Positions 19,844-29,761 of a DNA stretch of 64,000 nt are shown here, one piece after another (the first letter of the stretch is position 1; the number at the start of each line of letters is the position of its first letter). The position numbers were made by a program, and so were the translations under genes. This stretch comes from Altibacter sp. (lineage in GTDB: Bacteria > Bacteroidota > Bacteroidia > Flavobacteriales > Flavobacteriaceae). Where the stretch lies: NCBI RefSeq assembly GCF_002696485.1, contig NZ_NZTP01000062.1; one strand, 5' to 3'. A model generated the notes under the pieces. That model searched no databases. It was not told where the DNA came from and saw nothing but the letters and a program-made list of their open reading frames with translations.

Positions 19844-21904
19844 ATGGTTACTATCCCCAAACGTTACTATTGGTTTTCCTTTGGTATTATGCTCACTATT
19901 GGCATTACCTGTTTAGTCATCTACGGAAAAGCAAAGCAACAACTAGATAAAGAATATAAAGCCCAGATCCAGACCGTAGGACGATTATCTGTACAAGATT
20001 TTGAGCGAACCGTTCGAAATAACATAAATTCCTTAGAGAATTTGAAGGATCGGATAGAGGAGAGTGATGGAGCATTCATGAAATACTTCGAATCGGACGC
20101 CAATCGAATCATATTACAACATCCATCGTTTCGGTTCATCGAATTTATTGATAGTGAAGGGATTATTCGTCAAATTGTTCCTCTGAAATCCAACGAGAAA
20201 GCTTTATTATTAGATATTAAGCCATTAGCGTATCGCTATTCAGAATGGATCGCCAATAGTAGGAATGATCGCACCAATATGACACCTTGGATTCCCTTGA
20301 CTCAAAAAGGGGAGGCATTTTTAGTGGATGTGCCTATTTACATTGAAGGCGAATTCTTTGGTACAGTTACGGCGGGAATGGATTTTAGCGCACAGTTTGA
20401 TGAGATCAGTGAATCATTAAAGGACCATTCAATTTTAATCACAGATCAAAATGGCACAGCGTTCTATTCCTTCAACGACCCAAATCCTGGAGATTTTCCG
20501 GATGAACGTCAATTTGAGACAGGAATGAAGCCTATTGGTGTTTCCGGAAAGAACTGGTCGTTCCAATTATTGTACCATGACAATGAGATCTATAAAGAAC
20601 GTGAATTGATTCAACTTATCGGACTTTTCTTTGGCTTTCTACTCTCCTTTGTCATTAGTTTACTCGTTTTTCTTTTTCTGAAATCCAGGCATACTAAAGC
20701 GCACCAAGTAACGATTAATACGACGCTTTCACAGTTAAATACAGAGCTGGAGAAACAAAAACAAGAAGCTCAGAAAGCCTCGTCGGCAAAATCGGATTTT
20801 CTCTCAAATATGAGCCACGAAATACGAACACCCTTAAATGCCATTTTAGGTTTCGCCGATATTCTTCAAACAAAGGACTTGCTGAAGAAGGAACGCGTAT
20901 ACTTGAAATTAATGCGAAATTCGGCACAAACACTTCTAGTACTCGTAAATGACATTTTGGATATGGAAAAAATCGAATCCGGAAAAATGGAAGTTTCCGA
21001 AGATCGATTTAAACCGGCCGATCAGTTACAGAAAATCATCAACACATATAAGCCTCAATTACAGGAAAGAGCATTGGATGTAATAAAAGATTTTTCATTG
21101 CGTTCTCATCACACTGTGTTGGGGGATATCTCCAAGTTCAATCAAATTTTCACCAATTTACTTACCAACGCTATAAAGTTTACCGAGGCTGGTACTATCA
21201 CGATTGACTATAACGAAAGCATCGTGAAAGATCGGTTGTTCATATCCTATTCCGTCTCCGATACGGGTGTGGGTATTCCCAAAGAGAAGCTGCCTTCCAT
21301 TTTTGATCGCTTTGTTCAAGTTGAAAATGGTTTCAGAAAGCGTCACGAAGGGGGCGGTTTGGGATTAGCGATCACTAAAGAATTGGTTCAACTCTTGGAA
21401 GGAAAGCTATTTGTATCGAGTAAATTAGGTGAAGGAAGTTGCTTCACGGTGGAGATCTCTTTTCCGGTGTGTGCTGATGAGCCTAGTGCTATCAATGAAA
21501 CAACCTTGGAACTACCGCATTTAAAAAGTCTTATCGTTGACGACAATCGAATTAACCGAATGATATTGTACAATATATTACTGCAAGTAGGTATACGGTC
21601 GGAAAGTGTAGGAAGCGGCTTAGAAGCTGTGGAAAAGGTGAAAAAGGGTACGTATGACCTTATCTTTATGGATATCCATATGCCCTTAATGGATGGCTTT
21701 GAAACCACTAAGAAATTGCTTCAAATACAAGACGACCTTGTGGTCCTAGGTTTGTCGGCAGATGTCACAAAAGAGGCTATTAGAAACGGTAGAGAATCGG
21801 GGATGTGTGATTACCTCACCAAACCCATTAATAAAGAGGAGTTATTTAGGATTTTGAACAAGCAGTTTTCTACAAACCGCTTACTAAGTACTAAAAGTTC
21901 ATGA
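19844..21904 (+). CDS. Hybrid sensor histidine kinase / response regulator
   Basis: 686 aa with two TM helices flanking an extracytoplasmic domain. The H-box is SHEIRTPLN, the HATPase motifs are GGGLGLAI, and the C-terminal REC domain has VDDN..DLIFMDIHMP..K. Confidence 0.88.
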   Translation: MVTIPKRYYWFSFGIMLTIGITCLVIYGKAKQQLDKEYKAQIQTVGRLSVQDFERTVRNNINSLENLKDRIEESDGAFMKYFESDANRIILQHPSFRFIEFIDSEGIIRQIVPLKSNEKALLLDIKPLAYRYSEWIANSRNDRTNMTPWIPLTQKGEAFLVDVPIYIEGEFFGTVTAGMDFSAQFDEISESLKDHSILITDQNGTAFYSFNDPNPGDFPDERQFETGMKPIGVSGKNWSFQLLYHDNEIYKERELIQLIGLFFGFLLSFVISLLVFLFLKSRHTKAHQVTINTTLSQLNTELEKQKQEAQKASSAKSDFLSNMSHEIRTPLNAILGFADILQTKDLLKKERVYLKLMRNSAQTLLVLVNDILDMEKIESGKMEVSEDRFKPADQLQKIINTYKPQLQERALDVIKDFSLRSHHTVLGDISKFNQIFTNLLTNAIKFTEAGTITIDYNESIVKDRLFISYSVSDTGVGIPKEKLPSIFDRFVQVENGFRKRHEGGGLGLAITKELVQLLEGKLFVSSKLGEGSCFTVEISFPVCADEPSAINETTLELPHLKSLIVDDNRINRMILYNILLQVGIRSESVGSGLEAVEKVKKGTYDLIFMDIHMPLMDGFETTKKLLQIQDDLVVLGLSADVTKEAIRNGRESGMCDYLTKPINKEELFRILNKQFSTNRLLSTKSS

Positions 21905-21929
21905 CCTAGCGGCCCCATAAACTTTTTCA

Positions 21930-22127
21930 TCACTTTTCAGTTCGTTTTAATTGCCGTACACCGGCAATCAAGAAGAGGTCGCCAACTACTATTAATCCCA
22001 GCCAATAGTACCAATTGGGAGCTTGAGCCTTAAAATCGGCGACAATAAAATAAATGCCAAACCCTAAAAAAATCAATCCGGTTATTAACATTAAGTATGC
22101 ATTGCGTCGTGCTGTGGGTTTATCCAT
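21930..22127 (-). CDS. Small two-helix membrane protein
   Basis: 65 aa with two hydrophobic helices. It lies 12 nt downstream of the TerC gene. Confidence 0.45.
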   Translation of the reverse strand: MDKPTARRNAYLMLITGLIFLGFGIYFIVADFKAQAPNWYYWLGLIVVGDLFLIAGVRQLKRTEK

Positions 22128-22139
22128 GTCTTGTAATGT

Positions 22140-22967
22140 TTAGCTATCTAATTCTTCTTCAGGTAAGGTAGAAACGATTTCGCTGGTTGTTTTGCGATAA
22201 CGCATGTTGAGAAACTCTATGAACAAAGAGAATGCGATGGTAAAGTACAGATATCCTTTTGGTATCACTCCAATTTCATTCCCAAAGACAACTAGATGGG
22301 ATAGGTGAGCTCCCTCTGCGATTAACATAAATCCAATGAGAATCAAAAAGGCCAGTCCCAGCAGTTGAACAGTAGGATGTTTGTTCACAAAACGGCCTAC
22401 CGGGTTTGCGAAGATCATCATGATGAGGACGGAAATTACTACGGCAATCACCATGATGACAAGTGCGTCGTTAGGATCGTCACTAATACCGTTGGTCATA
22501 CCCACCGCAGTTAATATTGAGTCGAATGAAAATACAATGTTTATCAAGCTTATTTGAACGATCGCTTTGCTCAAGGAGGTGGCTCGACTTTTCTTCACTA
22601 CCCGTGCATCATGTCCTTTATCCTCTACCTTCTCATGGATCTCACTTGTACTTTTGTATAAGAGGAATAATCCCCCGATAAATAGAATAAGACCTTGCCC
22701 GCTTACACCTGCTTCAATCCACGACAAATGTATGTTCCAAAAAGGGGCCTCCATAGCGACAAGCCACGAGATACCAAACAATAATACGACCCGTATGAGC
22801 ATGGCGAGAAAAAGTCCTATGTTGGTGGCTTTTTTCTGAAGGTTTGCCGGGAGTTTACTAGCTGCCAGCGAAATGAAAATGATGTTGTCGATCCCCAGAA
22901 TAATTTCCAGGAAAGTCAAAGTTAATAATGCCACCAAGGCATCCGGAGAGCTTAAGATTTCAAACAT
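22140..22967 (-). CDS. TerC-family integral membrane protein
   Basis: 275 aa with the typical TerC motif LEIILGIDNIIFISL and a second repeat, FSFDSILTAVGMT. Confidence 0.85.
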   Translation of the reverse strand: MFEILSSPDALVALLTLTFLEIILGIDNIIFISLAASKLPANLQKKATNIGLFLAMLIRVVLLFGISWLVAMEAPFWNIHLSWIEAGVSGQGLILFIGGLFLLYKSTSEIHEKVEDKGHDARVVKKSRATSLSKAIVQISLINIVFSFDSILTAVGMTNGISDDPNDALVIMVIAVVISVLIMMIFANPVGRFVNKHPTVQLLGLAFLILIGFMLIAEGAHLSHLVVFGNEIGVIPKGYLYFTIAFSLFIEFLNMRYRKTTSEIVSTLPEEELDS

Positions 22968-23335
22968 TATTTTACTTTTTTAGCGGTTCCTTTTTGTTTT
23001 CTCGCTTCTCCTACAACATTGTATTCAAAGAGATATTCGTTCGCACCGGTAGTTAGGATCTTCATGTGAATGGCTTTTTCTTCAGAGCGGTTCTTCGGAT
23101 TTTTCTTTTTAACAATATACTCGCAATCGTTGATCCAACGCACAGTGGAAGTATCTGCCTTACCTCTAAAATAATCAATTTCTATGGAATCGTTTCGTAC
23201 AAAGGTGGTCGTAAGTACTTCAGTACCTACAACTGCCTCAAATTCAAAGGTTCCTGTTTTAAAGTCGGTGCAATTTCTTTCCGGCTCATAACAACTAACA
23301 AGCAACAGCATAGAAAAAAGATAGCAGAAGCGCAT
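22967..23335 (-). CDS. Lipoprotein of unknown function
   Basis: 122 aa with signal/lipobox MLLLVSC. Its stop overlaps the TerC start by 1 nt. Confidence 0.55.
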   Translation of the reverse strand: MRFCYLFSMLLLVSCYEPERNCTDFKTGTFEFEAVVGTEVLTTTFVRNDSIEIDYFRGKADTSTVRWINDCEYIVKKKNPKNRSEEKAIHMKILTTGANEYLFEYNVVGEARKQKGTAKKVK

Positions 23336-23379
23336 TTTTATAGATTTTATGCGAATTTCTGAAATTTTAAGGAGAATTG

Positions 23380-23790
23380 TTAGTTTTCGTAGGTCTTAAA
23401 AGTACCGTCTTCATAAAAAATTACTATTCGTTCTATGGCTGCTGAAGCAGGACTTGTTTCTGAAGGACTTTTAGCAGTAACAGAAAGTGACTTGGTGGCT
23501 TCTCTAATTTCTGAAGCCGATTCCTGTGAAGGTGGGGCAGAAGGAATCGAACTATTTTCTTTTTCAGAAGGGAACGTACCTTTACCGTTTAATAGCCAGT
23601 ATAATTCCACTTCAGGAAATTGTTGGATCACCTTCATCACAAAATCCAAACTGGGCTTGTTCCTACCCGAAAGTAAGTGCGAAATGGTAGACCTGTTAAA
23701 GTCGATCGCATCCGAAAAAGCAGTAGCCGATAACCCGTAATAATCGAGTATTTTTTCCAGTCTTTTCGAAAAATCATTGCTGTTTACCAT
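23380..23790 (-). CDS. XRE-family helix-turn-helix transcriptional regulator
   Basis: 136 aa with an N-terminal HTH (LSATAFSDAIDFNRSTISHLLSGRNKPS) and a Ser/Pro-rich linker. The short C-terminal module is IERIVIFYEDGTFKTYEN. Confidence 0.8.
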   Translation of the reverse strand: MVNSNDFSKRLEKILDYYGLSATAFSDAIDFNRSTISHLLSGRNKPSLDFVMKVIQQFPEVELYWLLNGKGTFPSEKENSSIPSAPPSQESASEIREATKSLSVTAKSPSETSPASAAIERIVIFYEDGTFKTYEN

Positions 23791-24070
23791 TGTAACAAGT
23801 ACGTTTGCTATAAAACGTTTACAAATGTAAAATATTTTATCTCAGACACCAATAAAACAGGTAAATATTTCATATCTATATATAATTAATAGTTTAAATA
23901 ACAATATATAAAATACTGAAATATAATAAATTGATAATTAAAAGTGTTTGAGATCCCTGTTATTATTTACAAGGGTGTTTTTGCCAGTGGTTTTTGTTTA
24001 CAGAAGTACCCGAACAAGCAATCTTTTTATGTTTACAATTGTAAACAAGGCTTTGTTTACCTTTGTAATC
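23781..24070. promoter_or_regulatory. Divergent control region with repeated TGTTTAC-N-GTAAACA-type palindromes
   Basis: There is a perfect 18-bp palindrome, TGTTTACAATTGTAAACA, at 24030-24047. Imperfect copies lie at 23781-23797, 23817-23831 and 24054-24070, with a half-site at 23995-24002. TAnnTTTG boxes are embedded at 24058-24065 (+) and 23822-23829 (-). Confidence 0.55.
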
Positions 24071-24083
24071 ACACAGAATCCGC

Positions 24084-25235
24084 ATGAATGTATCCACTTG
24101 GTATGCCGCCCATTTTGAATCCCGTTTAAGAGGAAGATATCTTAGTTTGAAGCACATTAATCCGTTACTGAACAGTTACGGTAATCGACTCGAAATTTCG
24201 TATCCGGGAAGTTCCGAATTGGGTAAAAAGATTCCCCTTATTAAAATAGGTCAAGGTCCGAAAATCATTCTTGCATGGTCACAAATGCACGGTAATGAAT
24301 CGACAACCACCAAAGCACTTTTCGACTTATTTCGGTTTATAGACCAAAAAGACGACTTTCAAGAAGCGATTGCGCATTTTTTACATACGTATACTTTATA
24401 TGTCCTACCTATACTCAACCCCGATGGTGCCGAACGATATACACGTGAAAATGCAAACGGTGTAGATCTCAATAGAGACGCCGTACTACAGTCACAGGCC
24501 GAAAGTAGAGTGCTAAGAGAGCTTTTTAATGAAATACAACCTCACCTGTGTTTAAATTTACACGATCAACGAACAATCTACGGGTTAGCTACGGGTAAGC
24601 CGGCGACCATATCATTTTTAGCCCCCGCAGCCGACTCAAAACGTACGGTCACTCCGGCGCGTGAGGTTGCCATGCAAAAGATCGTAGGGCTGAATGCCTT
24701 CTTGCAGCCTTTCATTTCGCATCAGGTGGGGCGATATGACGATACGTTTAATGCAAATTGTGTTGGAGATGCGTTTCAACAGGCAGGAGTGCCCACCATT
24801 CTCTTTGAGGCCGGTCATTTTCAAAATGATTACGAACGTGAGATCACTAGAAAATTTATTTTCTTGGCATTTTCGAAGCTTTTTGGGCTGCACGGAGCTT
24901 CAGAAATCCCTTCAGACACGAATCAATATTTTACTATTCCGGAAAACCAAATCATATTCAAAGATGTTATTATTCGAAATGTTCGGTTCAACAACAATGC
25001 GAACCCGTTGGATATTGGGATTCAATTTTCAGAAGTACTAAAAAATGAACAGATCGATTTTATGCCGTACATCGATGAACTTGGAAATCTTTCCAATTAC
25101 AGAGGACATTGGGAGGTAGATGGAGAAGGGTGTACCGTATTGGTTAATTCTCAGCAAAACACCAACGTAGGACAGCAGGTTTCAATTATTTCTAATAAAA
25201 CAGATGATTCTGTATTATTTATTCCGAAAATTTGA
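24084..25235 (+). CDS. M14-family zinc carboxypeptidase-like protein, no signal peptide
   Basis: 383 aa with zinc-ligand motif HGNEST, NPDGAE and a later LHDQ. Confidence 0.78.
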   Translation: MNVSTWYAAHFESRLRGRYLSLKHINPLLNSYGNRLEISYPGSSELGKKIPLIKIGQGPKIILAWSQMHGNESTTTKALFDLFRFIDQKDDFQEAIAHFLHTYTLYVLPILNPDGAERYTRENANGVDLNRDAVLQSQAESRVLRELFNEIQPHLCLNLHDQRTIYGLATGKPATISFLAPAADSKRTVTPAREVAMQKIVGLNAFLQPFISHQVGRYDDTFNANCVGDAFQQAGVPTILFEAGHFQNDYEREITRKFIFLAFSKLFGLHGASEIPSDTNQYFTIPENQIIFKDVIIRNVRFNNNANPLDIGIQFSEVLKNEQIDFMPYIDELGNLSNYRGHWEVDGEGCTVLVNSQQNTNVGQQVSIISNKTDDSVLFIPKI

Positions 25236-25257
25236 CCTTAGACTACTAAAAACATAT

Positions 25258-25265
25258 TAATTTTG
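25258..25265 (+). promoter_or_regulatory. -7 promoter box (TAnnTTTG)
   Basis: TAATTTTG lies 24 nt upstream of the Lrp-family gene ATG. Confidence 0.4.
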
Positions 25266-25289
25266 CCATAGTAATAAACTCCTACTGTC

Positions 25290-25775
25290 ATGGCAAAGTT
25301 TAAATTAGACGAAACAGATCATCAAATTCTCGATATGCTCATTGAGAATACGCGAACTCCTTTTACCGATATAGCGAAGCGACATAAAATTTCTGCAGGA
25401 ACCGTTCATGTGCGAGTGAAGAAGATGGAAGAAGCCGGGATCATTATTGGATCGTCCCTTACCTTAGATTACGAGAAGTTGGGCTATTCCTTTATCGCCT
25501 ACGTAGGTGTGTTCTTGAACAAGACCTCGCAAACACAATTCGTCCTGGAACGCATTAACGAGATCCCTTTTGTAACTGTGGCCCATGTTACCACCGGAAA
25601 ATTCAATATCTTCTGCAAGATTAGAGCCAAGGATACCAGCCATGCGAAAGAGATTATCTATAAAATAGATGATATAGAGGGGGTAACGCGTACCGAGACC
25701 ATGATCTCTTTGGAAGAGAGCATTAATGACAAAAAACGTTTAATGCACTCGATCTTTCAGAACATTAAAAAATAA
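25290..25775 (+). CDS. Lrp/AsnC-family transcriptional regulator
   Basis: 161 aa with LDETDHQILDMLIENTRTPFTDIAKRHKISAGTVHVRVKKMEEAGII plus a RAM-like C-domain. Confidence 0.88.
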   Translation: MAKFKLDETDHQILDMLIENTRTPFTDIAKRHKISAGTVHVRVKKMEEAGIIIGSSLTLDYEKLGYSFIAYVGVFLNKTSQTQFVLERINEIPFVTVAHVTTGKFNIFCKIRAKDTSHAKEIIYKIDDIEGVTRTETMISLEESINDKKRLMHSIFQNIKK

Positions 25776-25779
25776 TGAT

Positions 25780-26295
25780 ATGAAGGCTGTTGAACTTTCG
25801 CCATCTGAATATCATCCTTATTTTGAGCATTACATCCGCTGTGTTAGGGAAAAGTCACTTATGGAAGGCTTAACAAGCGGATTGATAGAAACTCAGGAGT
25901 TTTTTGAAGAGATACCCACGATAAAACACGAGTATCAGTATGCATCCGGTAAATGGAGCCCGAAAGAGATCCTGCTGCATCTTATAGATTCTGAACGTGT
26001 CTTCTGTTCCAGAGCGCTACATTTTGCAAGAGCCCGTAATACCGAATTACCGGGATTCGACGAGAATGAATTTGCATCGAACTCACATGCTAATGGACGT
26101 ACTATGAATGATCTGTTGGATGAGTTCGTCGCTGTGCGTACGTCCACAGTACTTCTATTTAAGAGTTTTTCTAACGATGCGCTGCTGCAAAAAGGGAAAG
26201 CGAATAATGCGGAAGTGTCTGTAAGAGCTCTCGGATTTCTCATTGCCGGACATGCCGTTCATCACGTACAGGTGATCCAAGAGCGCTATTTGTAA
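25780..26295 (+). CDS. DinB-family protein
   Basis: 171 aa with His triad-like HLIDSE and GHAVHH. It starts 4 nt after the Lrp gene. Confidence 0.72.
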   Translation: MKAVELSPSEYHPYFEHYIRCVREKSLMEGLTSGLIETQEFFEEIPTIKHEYQYASGKWSPKEILLHLIDSERVFCSRALHFARARNTELPGFDENEFASNSHANGRTMNDLLDEFVAVRTSTVLLFKSFSNDALLQKGKANNAEVSVRALGFLIAGHAVHHVQVIQERYL

Positions 26296-26425
26296 ATGCG
26301 CACGGAGCATTATCAATTCCTTAACTAACTTTAAACAAATCTTAGCATCAAATCTTTTGAATTGCCCGTTATTACTGCTATACTTGGGTATAGAAAAATT
26401 AGTAATAAAAATTAAAAAAAAGATT

Positions 26426-26974
26426 ATGGAAAAGAGAATTGCAATATTAGCGACCAACGGATTTGAAGAATCGGAGTTGAAATCTCCAAAAGAGGCGATG
26501 GAAAATGAAGGATTTACCGTAGACATCGTAAGTGAAGAAAGTGGAACCATTAAAGGTTGGGCCGATGGAAATTGGAGCAACGAATATAAAGTAGATAAAA
26601 CACTTAGTGAGGTATCAGCCAAAGACTATCACGCTCTTATGCTCCCTGGAGGGGTCATCAATCCTGATAAGTTACGTAGAAATGAAGATGCTTTAATTTT
26701 TGTTAGAGATTTCTTCAAGCAGAAGAAACCGGTGGCAGCGATTTGTCACGGCCCGCAAGTACTAATTAGTGCCGATGTTGTGAAAGGTAGAACGATGACA
26801 TCTTTCAGTTCGATTAAAGACGATTTAAAGAATGCCGGAGCGCTTTGGGTAGATAAGGAAGTGGTTGTGGATGAAGCTCTCGTTACGAGTAGAAATCCGG
26901 ACGACCTTCCCGCATTCAACTCAAAACTTATTGAGGAGATTAAAGAAGGAAAGCATGAATTACAGCATGCCTAA
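26426..26974 (+). CDS. DJ-1/PfpI-family type 1 glutamine amidotransferase-like protein
   Basis: Trimmed to ATG 26426 (MEKRIAILATNGFEE). The nucleophile elbow is AAICHGPQVL. Confidence 0.88.
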   Translation: MEKRIAILATNGFEESELKSPKEAMENEGFTVDIVSEESGTIKGWADGNWSNEYKVDKTLSEVSAKDYHALMLPGGVINPDKLRRNEDALIFVRDFFKQKKPVAAICHGPQVLISADVVKGRTMTSFSSIKDDLKNAGALWVDKEVVVDEALVTSRNPDDLPAFNSKLIEEIKEGKHELQHA

Positions 26975-26993
26975 TCTTTCGATTCAATACAAT

Positions 26994-27024
26994 AAAAAAG
27001 AGGCGATGTTCGCCTCTTTTTTTT
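26994..27024. terminator. Bidirectional terminator
   Basis: The sequence is aaaaaa gaggcga tgt tcgcctc tttttttt. It overlaps the stop of the convergent 98-aa gene. Confidence 0.65.
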
Positions 27025-27319
27025 ATTCTTCTTCATCGTCTAGGATTTTCTTTTCCGGGATTTCGACGATTGGTTCAGTAAAATCTTCTTCGGCATAATC
27101 TTCTTCATCAAAATTAGCCATGGTCGTTTCCAATCGGGAGCTAACCTTGACGAGGTATATAGTATCCTCTGTTCGGACTTCGACCGCTTCAACGGTTTCG
27201 TTCTTCGCATTCTTGAAGACAATCACATGATCGTCGTCATACCCGTCGGGATATTTCTCTACAAGCAGCGAGAGAATTTCAGGAGTTAGTTTTCTATAGT
27301 CTACAATAATGCGTTTCAT
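27023..27319 (-). CDS. Small acidic protein of unknown function
   Basis: 98 aa with an Asp/Glu-rich C-terminal half. Confidence 0.5.
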   Translation of the reverse strand: MKRIIVDYRKLTPEILSLLVEKYPDGYDDDHVIVFKNAKNETVEAVEVRTEDTIYLVKVSSRLETTMANFDEEDYAEEDFTEPIVEIPEKKILDDEEE

Positions 27320-27396
27320 ACATTGACGTCACAAGTTGGTTTGGGTTTTAAAACTACTAAAAAATGGTTAGCAACAAATGAATTCAATGTAAATTT

Positions 27397-28473
27397 TCAA
27401 AAATTTTTATAGTAATCGAATGCTTTGTAAATAACCTCATTAGGAACATCACAGCGCATTTTGTGCTTTCCAATGCTAGTAAGAAGTACAAAACAAACCT
27501 TCCCGTGACTGTTCTTTTTATCATAAACAAGCAACTCTAAGATGCTCTCAATGTCTTTTTTTGTGAAGGCTGTCTTCGGAAAATGTTTCAGAATAATACG
27601 ACTCACTTCTGAAAGTTTTTCTGAAGGAAATCCTTCTAGTTCCGAAGAAATAAAGGTAGCCAAGATCATTCCAATGGCAATAGCCTCACCGTGTAGCAAA
27701 TCGGGTCTTTCTGAAGCATCTAAACAATACGATTCAATGGCGTGCCCCAATGTATGACCGTAATTCAAGGTCTTACGTTCGTTCTTTTCCAGCGGATCCT
27801 TTAGCACAATGGTATTTTTTATCAGTACAGAATCCCAGATAAGCTGCGCTGTTTCCTCACGTTGATTCGGATTGAAGCCTTGGACCTTCGTCCAGTATTC
27901 TTCGGAATGAATTAGACCATGCTTAAGCATTTCGGCATATCCCGAAGTAATTTGTTCTTTGGGTAAAGTATTCAAGTAGCCAGGATCAATAAAGACCGCC
28001 AATGGCTCCCTAATAACACCGATCTGGTTTTTTAAGACACCTAGGTCCACACCATTCTTACCGCCTACCGAAGCATCGACCATAGCGAGTAGGGAAGTGG
28101 GCACGTGTACGAACTCAATCCCTCTCTTAAAGGTGGCCGCTACGAATCCGCCAATATCTGTCACCACGCCGCCCCCTAAATTGATGAGCAGGCTCTTTCT
28201 GTCGGCGCCACGATTGGATAGATCATCCCACAAAGCAACACAAGTATCAATGTGTTTGTGGGCTTCACCTGCTTCTATGACAAGTATTTCCGGCTGATCC
28301 AAATAATCATTTTCTGACAGGAATTTGGGTAAACAAAACGCAAGCGTGTTCGTATCGGTAAGTATGAAGATGCTTGAAGGTTTCAAGTCGTCCAGCACTT
28401 TTTTGAGGTAGGCGGAAAGGTTGTTAGTGGCGTAGATCGATCCGCGCTCTTTATGAATTATTTTATTCGTCAT
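27397..28473 (-). CDS. aroB: 3-dehydroquinate synthase
   Basis: Trimmed to ATG 28473 (MTNKIIHK). Motifs are GGGVVTDIGGFVAATFKRGI, and HGLI and GHT..H as metal ligands. Confidence 0.87.
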   Translation of the reverse strand: MTNKIIHKERGSIYATNNLSAYLKKVLDDLKPSSIFILTDTNTLAFCLPKFLSENDYLDQPEILVIEAGEAHKHIDTCVALWDDLSNRGADRKSLLINLGGGVVTDIGGFVAATFKRGIEFVHVPTSLLAMVDASVGGKNGVDLGVLKNQIGVIREPLAVFIDPGYLNTLPKEQITSGYAEMLKHGLIHSEEYWTKVQGFNPNQREETAQLIWDSVLIKNTIVLKDPLEKNERKTLNYGHTLGHAIESYCLDASERPDLLHGEAIAIGMILATFISSELEGFPSEKLSEVSRIILKHFPKTAFTKKDIESILELLVYDKKNSHGKVCFVLLTSIGKHKMRCDVPNEVIYKAFDYYKNF

Positions 28474-28512
28474 GAAACCCGTTTTGTTGTTTAAATAGAC
28501 ACCAAATCTAAC

Positions 28513-28520
28513 TATATTTG
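28513..28520 (+). promoter_or_regulatory. -7 promoter box (TAnnTTTG)
   Basis: TATATTTG lies 19 nt upstream of the proline dehydrogenase ATG. Confidence 0.4.
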
Positions 28521-28539
28521 TGAACTTTATTTTCAATTT

Positions 28540-29712
28540 ATGGTATCAAAATCCCTTTTTGATAATACTGAAACCGCCTTTGCTCTTAAAAGTGATTCAG
28601 AATTAGAACGCGCCTATTTCCTCTTTAAAATGATTGCTAACGAACCCTTGGTTCGCATTGGAACGGCTGCTACCAAACTGGCGTTAAACATGCACCTTCC
28701 GGTAGAAGGTCTTATACGCTCAACGGTATTCGATCATTTTTGCGGAGGGGTGAATGAAAAAGATTGTATGTCTACGGTCGATAGCCTTGAAACTGCCGGT
28801 GTTTCCTCGGTGTTGGACTATTCCGTAGAAGGGAAAGAAGAAGAGAAACAATTTGATGCTACCCTCGAAAAGATCATAGAATTAACCCGCTTTGCCAAGA
28901 ACAAATCGGCTATGCCGTTCTCTGTTTTTAAACCAACAGGGCTGGGTCGTTTTAAGATCTGGCAAAAAGTAACCGAAGGCGATACCCTTTCGGAAACCGA
29001 ATTGGGGGAATGGGAGCGTATAAAGCAGCGATATCACGCTGTTTGTAAAGTGGCACAAGAATGCGATATCGCATTGTTGATTGATGCTGAAGAATCCTGG
29101 ATGCAGGGAGCAGCCGACGCATTGTGTGAAGAAATGATGGAAACCTATAATAAGGAAAAACCGATCGTTTTCAATACATTACAGTGTTATCGCTGGGACC
29201 GTTTAGAGTATCTAAAGGAGATTCATAAACACGCAAAGGCGAAAGGCTTTCTGTTAGGTTTTAAGGTAGTGCGCGGCGCGTATATGGAAAAGGAACACGA
29301 CCGTGCTGAAGAAAAAGGGTATGCTACCCCAATTTGTGCCAGTAAGAGCGCAACCGATGAGAATTTCAATACGGTAACCGACTATATCTTAAACCATTTA
29401 GGTGAAATATCCCTGTTCTTAGGCACGCACAACGAAGTGAGCAGCTACTTGGCAATGGAGACCATGGAGACCAATAATTTGTCCAAGAGCGACGGCCGAA
29501 TATGGTTTGGACAGTTGTACGGGATGAGTGATCACATTAGTTTTAACCTTGCAAAGGAAGGCTATAATGTAGCGAAGTACATACCGTTTGGTCCGGTAAA
29601 AGACGTTATGCCTTATTTAATAAGGCGTGCCGAAGAGAATACTTCGGTTGCCGGTCAAACCAGCAGGGAACTTACGCTACTAAAGCGCGAGAAGGAACGA
29701 CGGAAATTGTAG
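28540..29712 (+). CDS. Proline dehydrogenase (stand-alone PutA-like FAD domain)
   Basis: 390 aa with a TIM-barrel proline dehydrogenase-like sequence: VRGAYMEKE, QLYGM, YIPFGP and YLIRRAEEN. Confidence 0.85.
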   Translation: MVSKSLFDNTETAFALKSDSELERAYFLFKMIANEPLVRIGTAATKLALNMHLPVEGLIRSTVFDHFCGGVNEKDCMSTVDSLETAGVSSVLDYSVEGKEEEKQFDATLEKIIELTRFAKNKSAMPFSVFKPTGLGRFKIWQKVTEGDTLSETELGEWERIKQRYHAVCKVAQECDIALLIDAEESWMQGAADALCEEMMETYNKEKPIVFNTLQCYRWDRLEYLKEIHKHAKAKGFLLGFKVVRGAYMEKEHDRAEEKGYATPICASKSATDENFNTVTDYILNHLGEISLFLGTHNEVSSYLAMETMETNNLSKSDGRIWFGQLYGMSDHISFNLAKEGYNVAKYIPFGPVKDVMPYLIRRAEENTSVAGQTSRELTLLKREKERRKL

Positions 29713-29732
29713 TTGTAGATCACTGTATTCGT

Positions 29733-29761
29733 AAAAAGCACGAACCGTATCGTGCTTTTTA
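29733..29761 (+). terminator. Rho-independent terminator after proline dehydrogenase
   Basis: Stem agcacga (29737-29743) / tcgtgct (29750-29756) with a 6-nt loop, followed by a T-run. Confidence 0.68.

Noticed and set aside
23336-23379. A possible manganese (yybP-ykoY) riboswitch upstream of the TerC-family gene.
   Set aside because: TerC is translationally coupled to an upstream lipoprotein gene, and only 44 nt of spacer precede that gene. That is too short for the riboswitch, and I saw no conserved four-way-junction-like sequence.
23963-24157. A 64-aa minus-strand ORF spans the palindrome region and the M14 peptidase start.
   Set aside because: It overlaps the operator and promoter DNA and the 5' end of a well-supported gene. 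Its Cys/Lys-rich sequence has no motif. It is most likely spurious.
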